This document shows positions 53,038-64,000 of a stretch of 64,000 bases of DNA, piece after piece. Positions within the stretch are counted from its first letter, which is position 1, and the number at the start of each line of letters is the position of its first letter. This stretch comes from Eledone cirrhosa (Eukaryota), in assembly GCA_964016885.1 (NCBI GenBank), contig OZ024742.1, forward strand, positions 333,622,001 through 333,686,000, written 5' to 3'. Under the pieces are notes generated by a model. That model was not told the origin of the DNA. It did not search any database and saw nothing but the letters and a program-made list of their open reading frames with translations. The position numbers and the translations under genes are program-made.

Positions 53038-53650
53038 TGGTAGCTGCCAACTCGTTTTCGAGTACGGCCGCTACTTTATATCCATGTAGGAGAACCCCCA
53101 CCGATGTGCTGAACGAGTGTTACTTTTTAGTCCAGCCAGCGACTTGAAAACTCTGGTACAAACACTACACTTGTGACAATTAATGAAACATAGTACTGGG
53201 CCCATGGTACCATGTAACGACAAGTGCAGAGAGATCTCCAGATATAAAATAATGCCTGTGCCGTGAAGCTTTTATAGTGAGCAAAGGCACTGCACAAAGC
53301 CAGTCCCACTCTCTTAACCAAGATGATATTTACCAAAAAGAATAACAAGTCAACATCATTGTATACCATCAGGGTTGCAGGTTTTATATCAGAGTTTTCC
53401 TTCTCCTAGAATTCTGCCTTGACGAAGGCCAAGGCGTCATCTCTCCCGGTGATTTTGGATGGCCATTGACTCTTAAGAGCTCCTTTGCCCTTTGACCTTT
53501 AACAGGTTTTGTTTTTAGTCCTGCAGGATGTCTAAAGTCACCCTCCTCACCAAGAAACCCTGGTGGGGTTGCCAGTTTAGTCGCCAACGACCCGACCATG
53601 AGACAGGTTGTACTGGGATCCATGTTACCATTAGCACCAACTGGTGACCA
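53038..53650 (-). mobile_element. Longest (613 bp) copy D of the short retroposon family
   Basis: Reverse complement of copies A-C plus about 100 bp of extra 5' sequence; contains ggagaaggaaaactctga, reminiscent of RTE 5' UTRs. Confidence 0.8.
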
Positions 53651-53659
53651 TATACATAC

Positions 53660-53750
<91 letters not shown>

Positions 53751-53757
53751 CATATCC

Positions 53758-53846
<89 letters not shown>

Positions 53847-54769
53847 TGTGTGTGTGTATAGACATATATATATATATATATATATATATACAAAAAAAGT
53901 GAAGAATAACATGGTCGAACAGTACAAACCAGGATATTTATTTACAGTATCACAATTGTTTCCATCATAGAGTTGTCTATAAATTGCTAAATACTGGAGA
54001 CAGTATAATTAAATTTACAATACATATAACTATAATTATTTCATCAGAAACTATTAAGAAATATAAAATATATGCGGAATGGAAAACATAAATATTCAAA
54101 TTACTACATCAATAATAGTATTAAAGATAAATAAATAAAGGAAGGGGGACAGATGGAAATGAGAGAGAAAGAAAGAAAATGACGAAAGAAGGAACGAAGA
54201 TATAGTTAAATGTACAACGGGCAAAGTTACGAAATCAAACTATCACATCAAAATAAATATAATATTTATAATAATAAAGATATATATAGAAAGAACGAAG
54301 TGGGGATATAGCATAGGCAAAGATGAAGGATAAGTAAGGAAGATGAGAGAGAAATAGAGGAAGATTAAGAGGGATGAGGAAGCAGAGGGGGATAGAAATT
54401 AATCATGAATTTGGGGATATGAAGGAGAGAGAAAAGAAAATAACCATACGGATGAATATACATTACTATGTATAATAGCTAGTTTGAGATGTATTATATT
54501 ATAGGATAAAATGATGGAGATAAAATGTGTTTAAGTGGAGAAATGTAAAGACAAATGGTGAAAGGTGTATATATATAAGATAATTGTTTCTACAATATAT
54601 AAGATAATAAATGATGTAAATACAAATAAAATAAAAATAATGATGTAAATAAAAATGTTCTTAGGTTATACTTACGTAATTATGAAGTTTGTGATAATTT
54701 GATATGGTAATAGCTGCTAAAAGTATAAAAAGGAATAAGGAGTAGAAAATTGAGTTAAGTTGGTCTAAA

Positions 54770-56400
54770 GTTCAGGAACTTCGTCGCTGATTAATGCCGG
54801 CAAAAGATAATTCGCTTAATTCTGCTGTTAAGAAGGGTTTAGCTCTACATTACAGAGCCTACAATGGGACATACCAGTATGATAGGCCTTGGCAGGTGCC
54901 AGTATTTTCCAACTGATCTTATATTTAATGCCTGCATTCCTGAGATGCCATATTTTGTTGGCAAGAGTTGTTGTATTTGATTGATTCTTATTAATCATAG
55001 AATGCCTGTGCACGTACCACCGTTTTTTTAAACACCAGCTGTGGAACCAATGTAATACCATGCCAAGCTACCTGAGTTGTTAGTACACAAGTATACTACG
55101 CTTTTCTCCAGGCATCTGTTTAGTAGAAGGCAATTGTCGAGTAAGTGGCAATTGCATAGAAATGCTTTCCTAGGCGCCGGTTCTACTATATGATTTTGAA
55201 GATTTTTATGTATGGGCTGCGAATTAGGTTTGTTGGTGTGTTGTGGTGATCTTCTTTGGCGTGTATTTGGTTGCGATGATGTAATATGTGTGCGTTCTGT
55301 ATTTGGTGATATGGAACTTACATGGAGGCTACTTTGAGTATGAATTCTTATGTAGTTAATTTTGTGAATGTGCCATTCTATGTTGTTGGCAGTGGAGTAT
55401 GATAGTTTGATAGTTTTTATATGATAGTTTGATAGTTTGATAGTTTTTATATGATAGTATGATAGTTTGATAGTTTTTATATTAAAGATTTTATGATATT
55501 TATGTATTTTAGTTTATGTATTTTATGATATTTATGTATTTTTGTTTGTCAACTAATTTAAAGAAAGTCAAAGGAAGCTTAGTTTTAATAGAGTAGTTAA
55601 ACATTGGATTAAACCATAAGTAGTTTCTATTTCTGTATCTTCTATGGCCACTGATGGTATTAGTATTAGCATTTTGTTTATTTAAATTAGGTATATGCTG
55701 CCTATTTATGCGTTCAGACCTACGTTTGTTGATTCTATGTTTGTGGGAAGTATTGTTAACATTAAGTGTGTTGTTATTTTTATTATGAGGTATGTATTTG
55801 AGTCGTTCTTTATGGCCTGCCTTACGTAAAGCTAGCGTGTTCATTAAAAATGTCATGGTTAGAGGATAGGCGCGAGATTCTAAGGGATATGCTATGCGCT
55901 ATGGAGTTAATTATGGATCTAGGATGGTTCGAGTTATAGTCAATGTAAGCTAAATTTTCATTATTCTTATGGAAGGGTTCTATTAGTCCTGAGTTAAGGT
56001 TAAACGATACGTCGAAGAAATTGACCTTTTTAGAGTTGGGTTCAAAAGTAATGCTAAGGCCTAAGTTATTAAAGAATTTTTTAATCTTCTTCCTTTATCT
56101 TTCTAAGTTTTGGCTATTTAAGTTTCTAGCTAGAAGCAGAGTATCATCTCTATAGATTCCACCTTGTTGAAAGAAATATGCTATATAAATTCCAACCAAG
56201 TCTGTGATCTGGGGTGAGTCGTACGATCCCATAGTTATATCGCAGTTATTCAGTCTATTTTTTCGCTCCCAGTAGCTGTTGTCGAATTTAATGATAGTTC
56301 CTCTAGTATTATTTTAATTTCATCTGCTGAAAGATCCGAATGATTTGGGGGCAAAGGAGAGTGCCTTTTTAAGGGTGACTGGGGAGATAGAAGAGTATAA
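54770..56400 (-). pseudogene. PLE RT / GIY-YIG remnant
   Basis: MGSYDSPQITDLVG, GGIYRDD, VNFFDV, SNHP, LWFNP, ISWKIL, CRLC; frameshifted. Confidence 0.85.
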
Positions 56401-56841
56401 TTCATCTCAAACTAGCTATTTTACATAGTAATGTATATTCGTCCGTATGTTTATTTTATTTTCTCTCTCCTTCATATCCCCAAATTCATGATTAATTTCT
56501 ATCCCCCTCTGCTTCTCAATCCCTCTTAATCTTCCTCTATTTCTCTCTCATCTTCTTTACTTATCCTTCCTCTTTGCCTATGCTATATCGCCTCTTCGTT
56601 CTTTCTATATATATCTTTATGGTTATTAATAGTATATTTATTTTAATGTGATAGTTTGATTTCGTAACTTTGCCGGTTCTACATTTAACTATATCTTCGT
56701 TCCTTCTTTCGTCATTTTCATTCTTTCTATCTCATTTCCATCTGTCCCCCTTCCTTTATTTATTTATCATTAATACTATTATTGATGTAGTAATTTGAAT
56801 TTTAAAGTTTACCGTTACTCATGTATTTTATATTTTTTAAT

Positions 56842-56948
56842 AGTTTCTGATGAAATGATTATAGTTATATGTATTGTAAATTTAATTATGTTGTCTCCAG
56901 TATTTAGCAATTTATAGACAACTCTATCGTGGAAACAATTGTAAGACT
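56842..56948 (+). ncRNA. Hammerhead motif with long stem II
   Basis: agttt CTGATGA (78 nt) GAAA caattG TA agact; palindromic ACAATTGT. Confidence 0.6.
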
Positions 56949-57200
56949 GTAAATACGTATTCTTGTTTGTACTGTCGACCATGTTATTCTTTAATTTTTT
57001 TATTACGTCAAGATACATTTACATAGGAATACAAGCGAAGTCATAAAATCGTCACGAATGTAAACCTCTTGTTGGGTCACACAGCACCGTACGCTTAAAC
57101 TGTCCATCATAAGTTGTTTTCACAGACTCTTATCGGATTACCTTTAACGATTTATTGTTATCCTACATATATATATACATATATACACACACATATATAT

Positions 57201-57258
<58 letters not shown>

Positions 57259-57263
<5 letters not shown>

Positions 57264-57458
57264 TAAATTAGCGAGAATCGTATTTCGGTTTAGGAATTAA
57301 CGAAAAACAACTTCCGAGATGTGTGGCAAGCGCTCAATGATCCAGATGAACCAGAGCTACAACATACGTTAAAGGCCAAACACACTGAGACGATGGTTAA
57401 ACAATCATCCGCACAGCCATAAAAACGACCAAGTAATTCGGGTCAAACAAATAAAAAT
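57259..57458 (-). repeat. TA-associated dispersed repeat
   Basis: Reverse-complement match to 34256-34458; (TA)n on both sides. Confidence 0.8.
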
Positions 57459-57484
57459 ATATATATATATATATACACACACAT

Positions 57485-57562
<78 letters not shown>

Positions 57563-59609
57563 TTATTTATATATACTTGTAGTACCGTTGTAGGTAACAA
57601 GCTTCAATGGACCATTTTACTATGAATTATAGTTCAAGAAATCTGACATATAATCCCCGAAAGGGAAGAAATTTGGACGCCATCACTTGTAACACAAGAA
57701 CGAACACCTGCCGTATTCCACGTGGATATGGTATCAGTATACCAAAGCCCCACTGCCCTCTTTTTTTAAATCTATGCTCTGTCAATCAGCGATGATAAAA
57801 TCTCTGGTGTCAGAACGTTAAGCGATTTACAAATGTTTAAGATCAAAGCTAACTTAAAATTAACTGCTTCATCCTACGTTTTTTTTTTTAAATAAAAATA
57901 ATGTAATAATATAGGCATGTAGAACCTAGAAGGTAACAAATATACAACATCACTCATGGAAGTCAACATAGAGTGTGTATGTGTGTCTATGTGTATGTTC
58001 CGTAACTAAGTAGTTGACGAAAAGATGATCGATAATATTAGCATCAAACATGACAAGAAGCGTTGGGTCTGACATTATCAGCTTCATTAAGGTGATGAGA
58101 CAGCATGACTACAATCTATTAACTGATACTTGTAAAAAGAAAATCAAAGAATAAACTAAATCAACCATAGCAAAAACAATCAGTAAAATAGCCCCTGCAT
58201 CAACAATATCAATCAATTATTCCACATAAAAGAACGAACTCTATCGGAGCAACACAACTGCTACTGTGCATCCATGGTTAACGTTTGCGGGTTTCACTCA
58301 TTATTCTCTGATTACAGTGCCGGTTCTCTGCCACGCCATGCTCCTCTCAGCGAGAAGCTTAAGTATCAATTAGACGCAGCTGGCTTCTCTTCACCGCTCA
58401 ACTGATGGGGTTGGACCGACGAGACGAAAGATGGCCAGATAGCAATACGATCTTCGCGTTCCGTGAAAATAAGCCCATCAACTGAGACGCACAACATGCA
58501 GCGATTATTTCTCTAGCAGCAACTTGGTGGAATCAGCAAACGACTCAGGACAGGCTTCGTTACCCGACAAGCTGGAGATCGCTAGCTCTTGATGTATTGG
58601 TGCTTTCGATACGTTTATCGTTAAACCTGGGGCGGTATGTATTTCGGCTTTTTGGGATGTCGTACCACTGGTTTACTTAATACTATCGGGGTGGTGTTGG
58701 CCACTAGAATGAGTGACCCTTGCGAGATATAATGGTAATACCTAGCTATCCACCGGGATTTGTCTTACACTATTCTGTCACCTGAGTTCAGCAGACTGTT
58801 TGCGCCTGTGTGTCTGCACGCCAGAAAGCATTCTCTCACTCCATCTGTTCTCATGCAACTGGGATAATTATGATTGAGTATATTACATCATGTTTGTTTC
58901 ATTTAGACTCACTGTTTTTTAATTTATTTTCAAGCAAACAATTTATTGTTTAAATCTTGTATCTAGCATCTGTGAAGAGTATCAAAAGTGAATGAAAGGC
59001 TATATATCAAAACAATGCAAAGACGAAATAGAAACAAAAGTGAATAAACAATCTATCCCTACAAAACCTAAAAACAAGTAACTCTTGTATAGCTTTGCAA
59101 ACATTCGCTTTACCTAGTCATAATTTTTTATGTAGTCGTAGGGGCGCAGTAATGATATATGCCGTCTATTCGGGATGCTGGTACATTATTTCTGAACCTC
59201 GAAATGATGAAAAGGAAAGATGAACGCGGCCAGATTTGTACCGAGTGCTATAGTGAATAAATCAAAGCATTCTACCGATTCTGCCAAGTTAGCAAATTGC
59301 AGATTAAAACTATATTATATGTATATATACACCGAGTGGATGGATAGGTAGATAGAAATACAATACTTCATACGACCATTTTAGTTGCCTTACTAGACGT
59401 GTATTTATTACGTTAAACGACAATAATTGAATTTAGCTACTAGAAGGCGCTGAATCAGTTGCCTGGAGCGTACTCCTCCTGGTGTAAGTATTTGAAAATA
59501 TCCTGCTACATTTGTAACCAACCACAGACATGCAGCAAACGTCTTAGAAGCTAATTAAGTAAAGCAAATTTAAAACAAGAAGCCAGTAATCAGTATGTAT
59601 ATATATATA

Positions 59610-59611
<2 letters not shown>

Positions 59612-59660
<49 letters not shown>

Positions 59661-59696
59661 GTGTGTGTGTGTGTCTGTGTGTGTGTATATATATAA

Positions 59697-59786
<90 letters not shown>

Positions 59787-59792
59787 AATATG

Positions 59793-59863
<71 letters not shown>
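59612..59863. repeat. (TG)n/(TA)n microsatellite
   Basis: Direct inspection. Confidence 0.95.
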
Positions 59864-59868
<5 letters not shown>

Positions 59869-60214
59869 CTCTCTTTCTGTGAGAAAAAAAAGATAATGCC
59901 CAGAGAGGCACATACACATAAATACAATACACGTACATACAGACAATAAAACTCTCAGATAAAGACAATGCCATGCACAAACACACAAACGCATACACAT
60001 GCATACACTATTAAGATATAGATAAAATGACTCAAACATATGTAGATATAAAGCCATATATATACATATAAACGTTTGCTCACACATAGAGACAATGTCT
60101 CTCTCACATACACAGATTCTTTATATTGGTCTGGAAATTCTCTCCCACCAGATATCTCTCCTAAAATCTCGCTAATAACCTCTTCCCTCCCAATTCTCTC
60201 TCTCTCTCTCTATC

Positions 60215-60261
<47 letters not shown>

Positions 60262-60567
60262 CCTTCAGTACGTTTCTGATTTATCTTATAAACACTCTGA
60301 TATTGCGCTAAGCCAAAACGCACATCTCTATATCAGTCCTTACAACTGCAACATGATTATCGAACCACTGTGATTACGCCAAACGAAATTCCACATTTAA
60401 TGTCATCATAGAAGTATAGGAACAACAGCAAGAACAGTTTGCATGTATGTGTGAACGTATTGGACGCTAAGACAATTCCGACGTCGAATGTTCGAATTGC
60501 CTGAGTAGTCTATAGACACGTGTCTAATTCATGTAAAGTTCATGGAGATTCAGCGTCACAAAAAGTG

Positions 60568-60669
<102 letters not shown>

Positions 60670-60897
60670 ATATTGAGTTAGGAAATCGCTCTAAGGAAGA
60701 GATTTTTCCGAGCCATACATTAAAATTGAATATAAAAGAACAACGAACACAGATATATACATATATGTGTTCAAATCGCAAGGGACCAGATTTGCTAAGG
60801 TGAAAAGAATACTGACTATAGACAATAGGGTTTGTCTGTCTCAATTTAAGAAAAAATCAAGAAAATAAATACAAACCGGAATTGTGGTAACTATCAA

Positions 60898-60977
60898 TCA
60901 CCCAGACAGCTTGGTGCTGTTTCGCAATACTAATTAATTGCGAATAGAAATACCAATTTTTGCTCATCAGTGGGTAA
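60898..60977 (-). ncRNA. Canonical type-I hammerhead ribozyme with stable stem III
   Basis: Minus strand: ttaccca CTGATGA gcaa...ttgc GAAA cagc accaa gct GTC tgggtga. Confidence 0.88.
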
Positions 60978-61065
60978 CACATTATTATCCTAGACACTTC
61001 TAAGTATATTAAGAAGCTGAATAGTGTGCTATATATAATAACGCACATGGTATCTGTTTTATTTT

Positions 61066-62293
61066 ACAGAACAACTTTTTTGATTTCGATGGCAGTACTT
61101 ACAAGCAAATATCGGGGACTGCGATTGTTACAAAAGTCGTTCCAACTTATGCTAACTTAGTCAAAGCATACTTGGAAGTTCAGATATATGAACACTCCAA
61201 ATAAAAATACTGATTGAACTTCCACAAATATTTATCAGAGAATTGGAAACGCTACTTGGATGATTGTCTTATTCTTTGGTCTCACACACTCGACCAACTA
61301 AATGATTTCAAAAAATTAATTAACGGCATCACTAACCACATCCAATTCACAATGGAATACAGCCAAGATCAACTCCAGTTTCTGGACATCTTAATCCTAA
61401 AAAAAGACAAATATTGAAATTGACATACACTACAAACAAACAGAATCCATACAATACCTGATATTCACCTCCAACCATCCAAAGCACACGAAGACGAATA
61501 TCCCTTTTAACCTAGCAAGAAGAATTTGCACAATTATGAAACACGAAATAAAAGACTTCAAGAATTAAAGGAAATTCTGCTTGAAAGACAGTACCCACCA
61601 TTAATAATAAATAATGGAATAGAAAGGGTATAATCAATAGCCATTGATGAATTACGAAAAGAGAAATATATTCAAGGTACGTCCAATATTCTATCATATA
61701 TCTCAACACACAACCCAAGAAATACGGAAGCTTACATCATTATTCACAAGAACATCCCACTATTGAAACAAGACCCAAAAATGAAAAAAAACCTTGAAAG
61801 ACAAAATAATCAAAAGCAAAAGACAACCGAAATCACTAAAAACATTACTCACCAATGCCAAATTACCTACCACAAACCCACAAACAACTGTCAAAAAATG
61901 TGATCGCTCTAATTGTGGCACCTGCACGCATCTCATTGAAGGCAACATGTATATATTTCAATCAGGACAACATTTTGTTGTAAAAAATCACTTCACTTGT
62001 TCATCAAAAAATTTGTTTATACCATTAAATGTAAAGGATGCGTTGAAGATCATATAGGACAACCTAAACTCACACTCAGAAACATAATAACAATTCATCG
62101 CCAACAATTACGAGAACCTACCACAAGACAGATACCACTCAGAGCACATCTAGACATATGCGCAAGTAATAAGACACCAACATTTCAAGTCTTCCCATGT
62201 TATCTTTGCGTTGACAATACAGCAGAACAAATATGAATAAATAAGGAAAATATGTTTATTCCAACATATAGACCAGCATTAAATATAGTTTAA
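61066..62293 (+). pseudogene. Neptune-like PLE RT / GIY-YIG remnant
   Basis: YKQISGTAI..PTYANL, WKRYLDDC, FTME..FLDI, SNHP..NIPFNLARRIC, CDRSNCGTC, VYTIKCKGC..HIGQ; stops and frameshifts. Confidence 0.88.
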
Positions 62294-62850
62294 CATACAT
62301 TATCTTAACACCATAACATGCTAACCATCCAAATAGACACATACATGCACACACACACACACACATAACACCTATATTCGAAAATAAAAACCAGATATAA
62401 ATAAACCTTAGCATACGTTAATACCCTAACACTTTAACATGCTAACAATACCCCCCCCCCCCCCCACACACACATATCTCCCTCCTCCATTTCTACTAAG
62501 GGAATCATTTTCCTACACACACAAATATATATTATCTCCATCTTAAGATTCTAACCATACTCCCACACACACATACACATACTGATATAACACCCATACA
62601 CACACAAACGTATCTCCCTCCCCCACTTCTACTAATAGAATCATTTTCCTACACACACACACACCAGCACACGAATAAATCTATATATCTCTACTTTCTT
62701 TATTTCAATAGAAAATCTGAATTTTGATACCTCAGCACATCAGCCATAATCACTAAACCAGAATAATTCTCCCCATCCCTTTTTTCTTGAAGATTATCAA
62801 TTGTTTGGCACAAAATTCTCTAAATGGCAACAACAAAATTCCCCAAATAC

Positions 62851-63138
62851 GGGCGCGAATTTAATGTACTTGTTCACGTGACAGTCATAATTTCATTTAT
62901 AACCAATCAAATTACATTTAAAAAAAAACTTTTGAGGCATTTTTTTAAGTAAAAAGAAACTCAAACAGAAACTGGCGCGAAAGTTGATGTACTTATTCAG
63001 GTGACAGCATCAACCAACCAAATTTCACTCATACATGAAAAAACATTATGTTTAAGGCAAATATAATAAGAAATTTGTAACGCGAACTGGCGCGAAATTT
63101 ATTATACTTATTCACGTGAGTCTTCAACCAACCAAATC
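62851..63138. promoter_or_regulatory. Triplicated module with E2F-like, E-box and CCAAT-like motifs
   Basis: ggcgcgaa ... tca(c/g)gtga ... aaccaa(t/c)caaat at about 62852, 62974 and 63089. Confidence 0.4.
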
Positions 63139-64000
63139 TCTTTTCTAAAAATCTAGCATTTCGTGCCACTTTTTTCCATATAAAACAGAAGTAACATTCG
63201 AACACCAACCAGATGCGAAAAAACCCACAAACTCTTCATTTCAATTCTACGCAGTTCAGTTGCATTTTCGATTTCATCTTTTTTCCTTATACTTTCACTC
63301 ATGTAGGACGTCTCGTTTTTTTTTTCACTTTGTAAAAAAAAAACCCTCATTTTCTAATATATATATAAATTTATATTTACTCCTAGAATTAACGATTAAC
63401 TGATTAATTTAATTAGATAATTCTATTGATTGATTAATTGTTTATGTTTGTTTGATAACTTACTGGCTGAGTGCTTAATTCGGTTTGTCTAAAGGGATTC
63501 ATTCCTTTATCTCAAATTGGAATTCACCGCCTAAGCGGGGGTTACCTCCCTTGCAGAAAACCACGTGTCTGTGGCGACATTTAAAGCTACACCATACCCG
63601 CTCAGGCTAAGAACAAAAGACTTGCTGAAGAAGTAAATCCTATGTTCTGTCGTCAAAAACCATTATATTGCAGACTCCTGCAATCGGAATTTGTCGATAT
63701 TGGATTTGCAGGAACTTAGCGCTGATATTATTTGCTGTATATGATGTATATTGTGGATATACGATGTAAGTTATATATTTTGCCCTCAGCCTCACCGCTC
63801 TGTCCGGGTCAGTATAAAATCTTTTCCTGGGTCCTGTATTTTCGTTGCTCTAGTGATGCGGCTGGACTGCCGACCGCTATATCTGATTTGCTAAGCTGTC
63901 TGAACGTAATGTTATTACTCTGGGATCCTTCCTCATCCGAGTGCTAAAGCTACAGACCGATTATGCATTCACTAGCTTGGCCGTGTTCTAAAGCTTCGTC

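Larger units (their letters stand above)
53892..57166 (-). mobile_element. 5'-truncated Penelope-like element with 600-bp inverted pLTR
   Basis: 53892-54491 inverted to 56403-57001; RT/EN remnant on minus; 165-bp tail; (TA)n flanks. Confidence 0.9.

Noticed and set aside
53143-53200. TTGAAAA...GAAAcatagTA hammerhead-like string in copy D
   Set aside because: Copies A, B and C have GACA instead of GAAA, and stems do not pair.
58300-58860. GC-richer stretch as a possible host exon
   Set aside because: No ORF of 60 aa or more and no recognisable motif; more likely a decayed retroelement.

Overview
AT-rich, repeat-saturated animal genomic DNA with no recognisable host protein-coding exon. The SINE families and long (TA)n/(TATG)n tracts look Octopus-like, which is an inference. 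Most ORF-track entries are microsatellite artefacts (poly-YI, poly-HT, poly-CV). The real content is transposon-derived: several Penelope-like elements (PLEs; RT plus C-terminal GIY-YIG) inserted in (TA)n tracts with direct or inverted pseudo-LTRs, two R4/Dong-like RLE LINE fragments in (TATG)n tracts, RTE and CRE-like remnants, a deleted mariner, MITEs and SINEs. Reading both strands by eye shows about 15 type-I hammerhead ribozyme (HHR) motifs from at least 9 unrelated repeat families. The best candidate for an undescribed system is a 3x465-bp tandem array (34997-36423) with one intact minimal HHR per unit, resembling a circRNA-producing non-LTR retrozyme. A separate repeat copy (52691) begins exactly at the predicted self-cleavage site of its family's HHR. 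All folds and alignments were done by eye; none were computed.
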